Of a stretch of 64,000 bases of DNA, positions 46,960-56,279 are shown in pieces. Numbering within the stretch: the first letter of the stretch is position 1; every line of letters begins with the position of its first letter. The DNA lies in the NCBI GenBank assembly GCA_038230375.1, contig JBBRNJ010000001.1:192001-256000 (forward strand), given 5' to 3'. This DNA comes from Polyangiales bacterium (GTDB lineage: Bacteria > Myxococcota_A > Polyangia > Polyangiales > Polyangiaceae). The notes below the pieces were generated by a model. The model worked only from the letters and a program-made list of their open reading frames with translations. It did not search any database and had not been told where the DNA came from. The translations under genes were made by a program, and so were the position numbers.

Positions 46960-46976
46960 CTTGATAAAGTGTCAAG
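46960..46976. promoter_or_regulatory. Palindromic operator overlapping the minus-strand -35 (TTGACA)
   Basis: CTTGATA-AAG-TGTCAAG near-palindrome; minus strand TTGACA-16 bp-CATGTT then ATG 7 nt later. Confidence 0.6.
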
Positions 46977-47009
46977 TACTTTTTCTGTGGGTTGGTGTAT
47001 GTTGGGCGC

Positions 47010-48119
47010 ATGAGAACGCGCGCTGCCGTCGCCTACGAACCGAACAAGCCTCTGGTGATCGAGACCGTGGACCTGGAAGGGCCCAAGGCCGGTGAGGTGC
47101 TCGTCGAGATCAAGGCGACCGGCATCTGCCACACCGACGAGTTCACGCGCTCAGGCGGTGACCCCGAGGGGCTCTTCCCGGTCGTCTTCGGTCACGAAGG
47201 CGCTGGTGTCGTGGTGGACGTAGGGCCGGGCGTCACGACTTTGGAGATGGGTGACCACGTCATTCCGCTCTACACGCCGGAGTGTCGCGCGTGCAAATCG
47301 TGCCTCTCGCAGAAGACGAACCTGTGTACGGCCATTCGCGCCACGCAGGGCAAGGGCGTGATGCCGGACGGGACGTCGCGCTTCTCCATCGGCGGCAAGA
47401 AGATCCACCACTACATGGGCTGCTCGACGTTCGCGAACCACACGGTCCTTCCGGAGATCGCGCTCGCGAAGGTCCGCAAGGACGCCCCATTCGAGAAGAT
47501 CTGTTACATCGGCTGCGGCGTCACCACGGGCCTGGGCGCGGTGTTCAACACGGCGAAGGTGGAGCCGGGCGCCAACGTCGTCATCTTCGGCCTTGGCGGC
47601 ATCGGCCTGAACGTGGTGCAGGGCGCGCGCATCGCCGGCGCGGACATGATCGTTGGCGTGGACCTCAATCCCAAGCGCGAGGCCCTGGCGCGCAAGTTCG
47701 GCCTCACGCACTTCGTGAACCCGAAGGACGTGAAGGGCGACCTGGTCGCGCACCTGGTGGAGCTCACGAAGGGCGGCGCGGACTACAGTTTCGAGTGCGT
47801 GGGCAACGTGGACCTCATGCGCCAGGCGCTGGAGTGCTGCCACCGCGGCTGGGGCGAGTCGATCATCATCGGCGTGGCCGCAGCGGGCCAGGAGGTGAAG
47901 ACGCGTCCGTTCCAGCTGGTCACCGGGCGCGTGTGGAAGGGTACTGCGTTCGGCGGCGCGCGAGGCCGCACCGAAGTGCCCAAGATCGTCGACTGGTACA
48001 TGGACAAGAAGATCGACATCGACACCATGATCACGCACACGCTGCCGCTCGAGCGCATCAACGAGGCATTCGATCTGATGCACTCGGGCGACTCGATCCG
48101 CACGGTGGTCACGTTCTGA
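47010..48119 (+). CDS. frmA: S-(hydroxymethyl)glutathione dehydrogenase / class III alcohol dehydrogenase
   Basis: GICHTD, GHEGAG, YTPEC..CKSC...[24 protein letters not shown]. Confidence 0.95.
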   Translation: MRTRAAVAYEPNKPLVIETVDLEGPKAGEVLVEIKATGICHTDEFTRSGGDPEGLFPVVFGHEGAGVVVDVGPGVTTLEMGDHVIPLYTPECRACKSCLSQKTNLCTAIRATQGKGVMPDGTSRFSIGGKKIHHYMGCSTFANHTVLPEIALAKVRKDAPFEKICYIGCGVTTGLGAVFNTAKVEPGANVVIFGLGGIGLNVVQGARIAGADMIVGVDLNPKREALARKFGLTHFVNPKDVKGDLVAHLVELTKGGADYSFECVGNVDLMRQALECCHRGWGESIIIGVAAAGQEVKTRPFQLVTGRVWKGTAFGGARGRTEVPKIVDWYMDKKIDIDTMITHTLPLERINEAFDLMHSGDSIRTVVTF

Positions 48120-48120
48120 C

Positions 48121-49884
48121 ATGATCGATCTCAAGATCACCGGCGGCACCATCGTGGACGGCACCGGCCGCGCCGCCTTCACGGGAGACGTGGGAATCGA
48201 CGCCGGGCGCATCGTCGCCGTGGGTGAGTGCAAGGAGAGCGCGCGTCGCACGCTCAGCGCGAACGGCGCGCATGTGCTGCCCGGCTTCGTGGACATCCAC
48301 ACGCACTACGACGGGCAGGTCTCGTGGGACGAGGAGCTGTCGCCCACGTCCATGCACGGCGTCACCACGTGCGTGATGGGAAGCTGCGGTGTGGGCTTCG
48401 CGCCGGTGCGCCCGGGCCGTGAGGACAAGCTCATCGAGCTCATGGAAGGCGTGGAGGACATTCCCGGCTCCGCGCTCGCAGAGGGCATCAAGTGGGGCTG
48501 GGAATCGTTTGCACAATACATGGATGTGATCGGGGCCATACCCCACGCGATCGACTTCCTGGTGCAGGTGCCGCACGACCCGCTCCGCATGTACGTCATG
48601 GGCGAGCGCGCCATTGCATCGGAGACGGCAACGGACGACGACATCCTGGAGATGCAGCGGCTTCTCCGCGGCGCTCTCCTTGCGGGCGCTGCCGGCTTCA
48701 CCACGGGCCGCAGCGACAATCACCGCACGGCACGCGGCGCCGCAACGCCTGCGTCGGAGGTGGACGGGCGCGAGCTCGCGGGCATCGCGCACGCATTCCA
48801 GGGTCTCTCGCATGGCGTGCTTCAGGCCGTGAGCGACTTCGACATGATGCGCGGCCCGGAGCGCTTCGGCCCCGAGCTCGAGCTTCTGCTCCACATGGCG
48901 GAGGCGACCGGCGGACGGCCCCTGTCCATCTCCACGATGCAGCGCGATCATGCGCCGGACCAGTGGCGCAAGATCCTCGAGGGCGCCGAGCAAGCCTCCG
49001 GACGCGGGCTCGACGTGCGCTGTCAGGTCGGCGCGCGCGGCATCGGCGTGCTCCTTGGTCTCGAGGCGACGTTCCACCCGTTCATGGGCTTCCCTTCGTA
49101 CAAGGCGATCGCGCAGCTCTCGCTTCCGGAGCGCGTCGCGCGCATGAAGACGCCGGAGCTACGCGCGAAGATCCTGTCCGAGAAGAGCGAGAAGATCGCA
49201 GGCGACGGGACCGCCATCCCGCCGCTCGCGGACTTCTTCCTTGCGAACCTGGACATGGTCTCCATGCGGCTCTACCCGATGGGCGAGCGCCCCGACTACG
49301 AGCCCAAGATGAACACCTGCCTGCTCGCGGACGCCACGCGCACCGGCACGCCCGTGCTGGAGGTGATCTACGACGCGCTCCTTCGGGACGAGGGCAAGGC
49401 GCTCCTCTACTTCCCGGTCTACAACTACACGGGCCTCAACCTGGACGTGGTGCACGAGATGCTCATGCATCCGCGCGCGCTCATGGGCCTGGGCGATGGC
49501 GGCGCGCACGTGGGCACCGTGTGTGATGCGAGCATGCCGACCTTCCTGCTCACGCACTGGGCACGCGACAGAGCGAACGCCGGATCGCCTGGAATTTCCA
49601 TGGAACGCGTGGTGAGGATGCAGGCGCACGACACCGCGCGCTTCATCGGCCTGAACGATCGCGGCACGCTGGAGGTGGGCATGCGCGCGGACCTGAACGT
49701 GGTGGACCTCCAGAAGCTCGCGCTCCTTCGCCCCACGATGCAGAACGATCTCCCGGGAGGAGGCCGTCGCCTCGTGCAGAGAGCGGAGGGCTACCTCGCG
49801 ACGTTCGTGGGTGGCGAACAGATCTCCGACGGCGGCGTCCTCAACGGCGCGCGGCCAGGGCACCTGGTCCGTCTCCGAAGCTGA
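48121..49884 (+). CDS. N-acyl-D-amino-acid deacylase family amidohydrolase
   Basis: PGFVDIHTHYD, MGSCGVGFAP, DGGAHV, DRG.L.VG.RADLNV. Confidence 0.88.
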   Translation: MIDLKITGGTIVDGTGRAAFTGDVGIDAGRIVAVGECKESARRTLSANGAHVLPGFVDIHTHYDGQVSWDEELSPTSMHGVTTCVMGSCGVGFAPVRPGREDKLIELMEGVEDIPGSALAEGIKWGWESFAQYMDVIGAIPHAIDFLVQVPHDPLRMYVMGERAIASETATDDDILEMQRLLRGALLAGAAGFTTGRSDNHRTARGAATPASEVDGRELAGIAHAFQGLSHGVLQAVSDFDMMRGPERFGPELELLLHMAEATGGRPLSISTMQRDHAPDQWRKILEGAEQASGRGLDVRCQVGARGIGVLLGLEATFHPFMGFPSYKAIAQLSLPERVARMKTPELRAKILSEKSEKIAGDGTAIPPLADFFLANLDMVSMRLYPMGERPDYEPKMNTCLLADATRTGTPVLEVIYDALLRDEGKALLYFPVYNYTGLNLDVVHEMLMHPRALMGLGDGGAHVGTVCDASMPTFLLTHWARDRANAGSPGISMERVVRMQAHDTARFIGLNDRGTLEVGMRADLNVVDLQKLALLRPTMQNDLPGGGRRLVQRAEGYLATFVGGEQISDGGVLNGARPGHLVRLRS

Positions 49885-49892
49885 CCCCACGA

Positions 49893-49947
49893 ACTTCGAC
49901 ATCGACAGCGACTTCGACTTCGACCTCGACTTCGACTTGGCTTCGAC
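49893..49947 (+). repeat. Short (ACTTCG/ACCTCG)n hexamer tract between convergent genes
   Basis: Directly visible. Confidence 0.75.
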
Positions 49948-49952
49948 CCCGA

Positions 49953-51497
49953 CTAGAATTGCACGCCGACGCGCGCTTGGACCTCGTGCAGTGCGTGGGC
50001 TCCGTCTCGCGCGTTGTCGTTCACGCCCTTCGCGAGGAGCTGACCGGGTGCGACGGCGCGCTGCGACGAGGTCTGGACGGGGCCGTTCTGGTTGCTCGCT
50101 GTGGTGGGGGCGCTGTCCGGGAAGAGGTAGCCGCTGTAGTCCAGCGACACGCGCACGTGCCTCGTGGCCCAGTAGTTCACGCCAAAGGAGATGCCGTGCA
50201 CGTCGATGTCTCCCGTTGGCGTGAGCGCGTCGTCCGTGCCGCCGCGGCGTGAGCCGTCGTAGCCGGCATGAAGTCTCTCGTATCGGGCGACCAGCTGGAC
50301 GCCGTGGCTCGGTACTCGCTGCGGCTTCTCGAAGTCGAGATGCAGCGGTTTGCCGACGCTCGGGTAGTTGATGAGGCTGCGCTCGCCCAGGACCCAGTAG
50401 CTGGCTTGGGCGTAGAACGATGCGCCGCGCAGCCCGCCTTTTCGCGCCGAGCCGTAGAGCTGATAGCCATCCCACCCCTCGCGCGTGTTCTCGTCCAGGA
50501 CGACCACCTCGCCCGAGAGATCAAACCGCCCAAGAGGCACGTAGAGGTCCGCTCAGATCGCGCTCTGGTCCGTGCTTGGGATGATGTGCGTCAGGTGCCC
50601 GGCCGAGTCCTTGTAGGTTGCACGGAAGAACGAGTAACCGCCCTGCGTGGTGAACGGCGTGACGTCGTAGCCCACGCTCTTGCCATCGCGCGAGCCTCCG
50701 CGGAAGGAGACGCCCACTTGCGCGTCGGCCAGCATGCGCGGACCGCGGGTCACGAACGGCCTGGCGAGCACACGCGCGACCAGATCGTAGCGCGAGTCCA
50801 CGTTGAGGCGATTCTGACCGTCGCCGTTGTAGATGCCGACGGTGTAGTAGAGCGCGCGGCTGGGCAGCTCTCCCCATGCCATGGCCCCGATGTCCCTTGT
50901 GGTGGGCGCAGCGTAGAGACGCGCGGTCATGGATCGCTCGAGAAAATACGTGGTGTTGTCGCTGATGCGCGCCTCCATCCCGAACGGCACCAGGTACTGA
51001 CCCACCTGAACATTGAAGTAAGGGGACGCAGCGAAGTTCACGAAGACGTCGGTGGGCGCCGGCTTCACCTGTGGCGCCTGCACGGCGGCGCTCTGGTCCA
51101 CGCACGTGAGCGCGCCGGTCTTTGGGTCCACCGAGCACGCGCGCGTCTCCGCATGCGCACCGGCGTTGTCCAGTGCCGTGGGGCCGAACTCTGCGGACAG
51201 CTGCCACTGCCACTTCTCGAAGAACTCGCCGCCGATCTCGGTGCGCGCGCGACGCAGGAAGATGCCGGAGCCCAGGCCAGCGTCGGCTGGAAGATCGTTC
51301 ACGCCTGGTCCAAATGACGCGAGCGCATCGACGTGCACGCGACCCTGCACGTAGAGCCGGAACACATCGTCCTTGTCGCGCAGGTAGAAGAGCCCGTCGC
51401 GGAAGCCGGCGAGCGGCGGCGACTCTTCTCTTGCGGCCGCGGGCGCAGACGCGGGCGCCACGTAGGCACTCTCGGCTACGAGCGCGGGCGCGGTCAT
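49953..51497 (-). pseudogene. OprO/OprP-like anion-selective porin interrupted by one in-frame TGA (50553-50555)
   Basis: FLRRAR, GQY.VPFGME, RDIG motifs; C-terminal VGVQF; the two ORFs are in the same frame (ATC TGA GCG GAC CTC TAC GTG). Confidence 0.75.
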
Positions 51498-52783
51498 GGG
51501 GGCGAGGACCTGAAGATCGCTGCCGCCACGGTATCTGCAGTGCCACGTGAGATCAGGATCGCGCGACCGCCTTCACGGCTCTGCGCGTAGGGCGCCCACG
51601 CGAGCGGCTCACTCGTGAGGACCCGCACGCGACCGAAGTCGTTCAAGCGCAGCGAGCTTGCAGGGCGGGCCGCGTTCTCCTCCACATCGTATGCAGAGAG
51701 GATCGCATCGACCGTCGCGCGGACCTTCTTCGCGCCATGCTTCAAGAGCAGCGTCGCACCGGGCACCAGCGCCTCGCGCCCCACCCATGCAAGATCGAGC
51801 TCCACCTGGCGTGCGGGCTCGAGGGCGCTCGCCTCGGGCAAGAAGACGTCGCCGCGAGACACGTCGACCTCGTCCTGCAGCGTGATTGTCGCAGACTGGC
51901 CGGCGTGCACCATCGGGCTCGGGCCATCCAGCAGCTCGATGCGCTCGATGCGACTCGTGAGACCGCTTGCCGCGACCTTCACGACGTCACGTTCGCGAAG
52001 CTCACCGGAGGCCAGCGTGCCCACATAGCCGCGCCTTGCAAGCGAGCCTACGCCCTGCGGACGGCGCACCCACTGCACCGAGAAGCGCGCTTCGCTCGTG
52101 CTCCGCGCCGTGGTCTCGAGCTCTGCGAGATGCGCGTAGAGCGTTGGCCCGTCGAACCACGGCATGCGCGTGCTGGCGCGCACCACGTTGTCTCCCGACA
52201 GCGCACTGACCGGGAAGAACGATAGCGCGGTGCGAGGCCGCCCAACCGTCAGCGGACTCCGGGACGCGTACTCGCACGCCCACTCGCGCGCACGCACGAA
52301 CGCGTCGTGGGAGAAGCCGACTGCGTCCATCTTGTTCACCACGATGACCACGTTCGGCACGCCCAGGAAGAGCCCCGCGGCAAGGTGCCGCTTCGTCTGC
52401 GGAAGCAACGAGTCGGTGGTCTTCGTCGGATCCACCAGGACCAGCAGCACGTCCGCGGTGGACGCAGCGGTGAGCGTGTTACGTGTATACTGCACATGTC
52501 CTGGCGCGTCCGCCAGGATGAAGCGGCGCAGCGGCGTGGTCGCAAAACGCCAGGCCACGTCGATCGTGATGCCCTGCTCGCGTTCGGCGCGGAGCCCATC
52601 CGTCACCAGCGACAGATCAGCTTCGGCCTTTCCCTGGCGCGCGCTCACGTCCGTCACATGGGAGAGCTGGTCGGTGAAGATGGTGTCCGTGTCGAAGAGC
52701 AGACGACCAATGAGGGTGCTCTTGCCATCGTCTACGCTGCCGGCGGTTGCGCAACGAAGCGGAAGATCGCAGTACGTGCTCAT
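51494..52783 (-). CDS. cysN: Sulfate adenylyltransferase subunit 1
   Basis: GSVDDGKSTLIGRLL, AEREQGITIDVA, DAPGH, NKMD; no fused CysC. Confidence 0.93.
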   Translation of the reverse strand: MSTYCDLPLRCATAGSVDDGKSTLIGRLLFDTDTIFTDQLSHVTDVSARQGKAEADLSLVTDGLRAEREQGITIDVAWRFATTPLRRFILADAPGHVQYTRNTLTAASTADVLLVLVDPTKTTDSLLPQTKRHLAAGLFLGVPNVVIVVNKMDAVGFSHDAFVRAREWACEYASRSPLTVGRPRTALSFFPVSALSGDNVVRASTRMPWFDGPTLYAHLAELETTARSTSEARFSVQWVRRPQGVGSLARRGYVGTLASGELRERDVVKVAASGLTSRIERIELLDGPSPMVHAGQSATITLQDEVDVSRGDVFLPEASALEPARQVELDLAWVGREALVPGATLLLKHGAKKVRATVDAILSAYDVEENAARPASSLRLNDFGRVRVLTSEPLAWAPYAQSREGGRAILISRGTADTVAAAIFRSSPP

Positions 52784-53700
52784 CAAAAATATCCCTCTTT
52801 CTTTCGGTCTTCCATCGCTGCATCCGTGGCGCGGTCATCTGCGCGGGTGGCGCCGCGCTCGGTCACGCGTGCGTCTTGCACTTCTCGCAGCACCTCTGGA
52901 AGCGTGCGCGCGGAGGAGCGCACTGCGCCCGTGCACGAGGCGTCGCCTACCGTGCGGAAGCGCACCGTCTCCGTGAATGACACCTCGCTCGCGGTGCGCT
53001 GCACGAAGGGCGTGACTCCGTAGAGCATGCCGTCGCGCTCGAACACCTCGCGCTCGTGCGCAAAGTAGATGTCCGGAACGCGAAGGTCGCGCGCGGCGAT
53101 GTAGCTCCACACGTCAAGCTCGGTCCAGTTGGAGATCGGAAACACGCGCAGGTGCCCGCCCTTCGCAACGTCCAGGTTGTAGAGGTCGAACATCTCGGGG
53201 CGCTGGTTCTTCGGGTCCCATCCGCCAAGCTCGTCCCGCACGCTCACGACGCGCTCCTTTGCGCGCGCGCGGTCCTCGTCTCTTCGCGCGCCACCGAACG
53301 CGGCGTCGAAGCGGTGCTCCGCGATCGCGTCAAGGAGCGTCACGCTCTGCAATCGATTGCGGGACGCGCGTGGCCCGCGCTCTTCCGTGACCCGCCCCTC
53401 ATCGATCGACCTCTGCACGCTCGCCACGATGAGGGGCACCGAGAGCGACGCGCAGAGCGCATCACGAAACGCGATCACCTCCTCGAAGTTGTGCCCCGTA
53501 TCCACGTGCATGACGGACAGCGGCAGCTTCTCGCCTGCGAACGCGCGCGCACAGAGGTGCAGCAGGATGATGGAGTCCTTCCCTCCCGAGAAGAGGAGGA
53601 CCGGACGCTCACGCTCGGCGACCACCTCGCGGATCGTGTGGACGGACTCTTCCTCGAGAGCGGCGAGCGCAGGAGCAAGACGGGGGTTCGTAAAGGCCAT
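52783..53700 (-). CDS. cysD: Sulfate adenylyltransferase subunit 2
   Basis: SGGKDS, GGARRDE, WDPKNQRPE, VRFRTVGD, MEDRKKEGYF. Confidence 0.95.
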   Translation of the reverse strand: MAFTNPRLAPALAALEEESVHTIREVVAERERPVLLFSGGKDSIILLHLCARAFAGEKLPLSVMHVDTGHNFEEVIAFRDALCASLSVPLIVASVQRSIDEGRVTEERGPRASRNRLQSVTLLDAIAEHRFDAAFGGARRDEDRARAKERVVSVRDELGGWDPKNQRPEMFDLYNLDVAKGGHLRVFPISNWTELDVWSYIAARDLRVPDIYFAHEREVFERDGMLYGVTPFVQRTASEVSFTETVRFRTVGDASCTGAVRSSARTLPEVLREVQDARVTERGATRADDRATDAAMEDRKKEGYF

Positions 53701-53726
53701 GCGGTTTGTCTAGCATCACGGACATT

Positions 53727-53760
53727 CGTCCGCTATAACGAATATCCGTTATAACGGACG
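53727..53760. promoter_or_regulatory. 34-bp palindromic operator between divergent cys operons
   Basis: CGTCCGCTATAACG-AATATC-CGTTATAACGGACG (13/14 arms). Confidence 0.7.
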
Positions 53761-53807
53761 TTCTGCCAGAGGCTTTAATTCAGCCTCGGAAAGCGCGCAA
53801 GGCTCAC

Positions 53808-54158
53808 ATGTGGTGGTTTCTAGGTTCCCTCGGCATCGTGGCTATCGAGGCGTCATACGTTCCCCAGATCGCGCGCCTCTTCCGCATCAAACGCGCGGAT
53901 GACGTGAGTCTCTTCTTCCCTTCGCTCAACGCGGCGGGGCGTGTGCTTGCGCTTGCCTACTCCGTGCTGTCGCACCAGCCAGTGTTCGTCGTCGGCTTCA
54001 TGGTTGGGCTCGTGCTCCGGTTGACGCTGCTTGCGCAGGTCATCTGGTACCGGAAGCTCGCGAAGCGCAGACAATCGGTAGAGGCAAGAGGCGCGAGCGC
54101 GCCTGATGCCGTCGACACGCACGACGTGATCGTCACCACCACGCCGGTGCATCCGTGA
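53808..54158 (+). CDS. PQ-loop/SemiSWEET-like small transporter
   Basis: SYVPQIARLFRIKRADDVS; three TM helices. Confidence 0.7.
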   Translation: MWWFLGSLGIVAIEASYVPQIARLFRIKRADDVSLFFPSLNAAGRVLALAYSVLSHQPVFVVGFMVGLVLRLTLLAQVIWYRKLAKRRQSVEARGASAPDAVDTHDVIVTTTPVHP

Positions 54159-54925
54159 CCGCGCATCCCAAGGTAGTGGACGCCACGCAGCACGGCGCGC
54201 AGCACGGCTCCGCGTTCGAGGCGCTCGTGCTTGCGGCGGAATCGGGGCTGGACCCGTTCGTCGAAGCGGCCGTGGCCACGTTCGGTGCTTCGCTGTCCAT
54301 CGCGTGCAGCTTTGGCGTGGAAGACATGGTGGTGCTGGACGCCGTGGCAACTGCAGCGCGCGACCGCAAGGACAAGCCCACTGTGTTCCTTCTGGACACG
54401 GGTCGACTGCATCAAGAGACGTTCGATCTCGTGGAGCGCGTGCGAGATCGCTACGCGCTTCCCATCACTGTCTACGCGCCGTCGGCACTGGATGTGGAGA
54501 CGCTGGTCAACACGCAGGGCACCAACGGCTTCTACGGGAGCGTGGACGCACGCAAGGAATGCTGCCGCGTCCGCAAGGTGGTGCCGCTGGCGCGCGCGCT
54601 CGCGAAGGCTTCTGCGTGGATGACCGGACTCCGGCGCGAGCAGTCGATCACACGCGCCGAGATCGCAAAGGTGGAGGTGGATGACGCGCACGGCGGCATC
54701 CTCAAGCTGTCGCCGCTCACCAGCTACACGGAGGCAGAGGTGTGGGCACGCGCGAAGGAGCGCGACATCCCGACGCACGCGCTTCACGCCCGCGGCTTTC
54801 CGTCCATCGGCTGCGCGCCGTGCACACGCGCAATCCAGCCAGGTGAGGACGCGCGCGCAGGTCGCTGGTGGTGGGAGAGCGCGGAGCACAAGGAGTGCGG
54901 CCTGCACGGGAGGAAGAGCAAATGA
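54155..54925 (+). CDS. cysH: Adenylyl-sulfate (APS) reductase, Fe-S type
   Basis: LDTGRL, ECCRVRKV, TGLRREQS, SIGCAPCT, RAGRW, ECGLH. Confidence 0.92.
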   Translation: MTAHPKVVDATQHGAQHGSAFEALVLAAESGLDPFVEAAVATFGASLSIACSFGVEDMVVLDAVATAARDRKDKPTVFLLDTGRLHQETFDLVERVRDRYALPITVYAPSALDVETLVNTQGTNGFYGSVDARKECCRVRKVVPLARALAKASAWMTGLRREQSITRAEIAKVEVDDAHGGILKLSPLTSYTEAEVWARAKERDIPTHALHARGFPSIGCAPCTRAIQPGEDARAGRWWWESAEHKECGLHGRKSK

Positions 54926-55527
54926 GCGCTCTTTTCCCGCTGTTCCTGAAGCTCGACGGACTGCCCGTGCTGGTCGTGGGCGCAGGGCCCGTTGCGCTGG
55001 AGAAGACGCGAGCGTTGCTTGCGGTCGGCGCGCGCGTTCGCGTGGTCGCGGTCGACGTGACGGAGGAGTTCAAGGACGTCCCCGTCACCATCGACCGCAG
55101 GGCCTTTCATCAGAGCGACGTGAGCGACGTCTTCTTCATCGTCGCCGCGGCAACACCAGAGGTGAACCGCGCCGTGCTCGCCGCGGGGAACGCAGCGCAT
55201 CGCTTCGTGGTCGCGGTGGATGATCCGGACGCGTGCACCGCGTACGGGGCTGCGGTGCTGGAGCGCGGCGGCGTGTCGATCGCGTTCTCCTCATCGGGCC
55301 GCGCGCCCTCGCTCGTGGCTCTCTTGCGGCGTGCCGTGGACTCGCTCTTGCCCGACGACCTGTCGGAATGGCGACTCACGGCCGAGTCGTTGCGAGCGAC
55401 GTTGAAGGAGAAGGGCGTCCCCCTGGCCGAGCGCACTCCGCTTCTCCTCTCCGCGCTGCAAGCCATGTACGCACCGCCGCCGCGGGCGTGGACGAGCGAC
55501 GCCGGTACGAATGGAGGCACGGCATGA
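54922..55527 (+). CDS. Precorrin-2 dehydrogenase / sirohydrochlorin ferrochelatase (CysG N-terminal-like)
   Basis: FPLFLKL, VVGAG.VA..K, VDDP, SSSGRAP. Confidence 0.85.
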   Translation: MSALFPLFLKLDGLPVLVVGAGPVALEKTRALLAVGARVRVVAVDVTEEFKDVPVTIDRRAFHQSDVSDVFFIVAAATPEVNRAVLAAGNAAHRFVVAVDDPDACTAYGAAVLERGGVSIAFSSSGRAPSLVALLRRAVDSLLPDDLSEWRLTAESLRATLKEKGVPLAERTPLLLSALQAMYAPPPRAWTSDAGTNGGTA

Positions 55528-56279
55528 CTGGTCACGTGACACTCGTGGGCGCAGGGCCCGGTGATCCCGAACTCCTCACGCTACGCGCAGCCCGCGTGCT
55601 CTCGGAGGCAGACGTGGTCCTCTACGATGCGCTCGTGGACCCACGCGTGCTCGACCTTGCAGGGCGCGCGCGCAGGCTTTTTGTAGGCAAACGGCGCAAT
55701 CGACATGCGGTCTCTCAGGAGACGATCGGAAAGCTTCTGGTCCGTTTTGCGCGACGCGGAGAGCGCGTAGTTCGCCTGAAGGCCGGCGATCCGTTCGTGT
55801 TCGGCCGCGGCGGCGAAGAGATGCTGGCGTGCACCCAGGCCGGCGTCTCCGTCAGCGTGGTCCCAGGCGTGACCAGCGCCTTCGCCGCTCCACTGCTGGC
55901 GAACATCCCCGTCACGCATCGGGGTGTTTCGCGCGGCTGCGTCGTGCTCACGGGCACGCCGCGTGAAGCGTACGAGTCGCTGCTCCCGCGCCTTCACGCG
56001 CAGGACGTCACCATCGTGCTGCTCATGGCGCTCGACGCGCGCGCGGCGATCTCCGCGTTCGCCATCGCGAACGGATTTTCGCCCACCCATCCTGCCGCGA
56101 TCCTCTGCGGCGCCTCCACGGCCGCGGAGGCGACCTGGATCGGAACCCTTGAAGAGCTCCCCCATGCGGTCATCCCGGAAGGACCACCGGGTGTGCTCGT
56201 CCTTGGAGAGACCGTGCGCTTCGCCAGCGCGCTTCGTGAGATCACGTTCGAGAATCGAAAAGCAGGAGTCATCGCATGA
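55524..56279 (+). CDS. cobA: Uroporphyrinogen-III C-methyltransferase
   Basis: LVGAGPGDPELLT, RLKAGDPFVFGRGGEE, PGVTSA, PVTHRG. Confidence 0.92.
   Translation: MTGHVTLVGAGPGDPELLTLRAARVLSEADVVLYDALVDPRVLDLAGRARRLFVGKRRNRHAVSQETIGKLLVRFARRGERVVRLKAGDPFVFGRGGEEMLACTQAGVSVSVVPGVTSAFAAPLLANIPVTHRGVSRGCVVLTGTPREAYESLLPRLHAQDVTIVLLMALDARAAISAFAIANGFSPTHPAAILCGASTAAEATWIGTLEELPHAVIPEGPPGVLVLGETVRFASALREITFENRKAGVIA

Noticed and set aside
49953..50540. Separate gene or frameshift downstream of the porin
   Set aside because: Same reading frame as 50553..51497; one gene with a single internal stop
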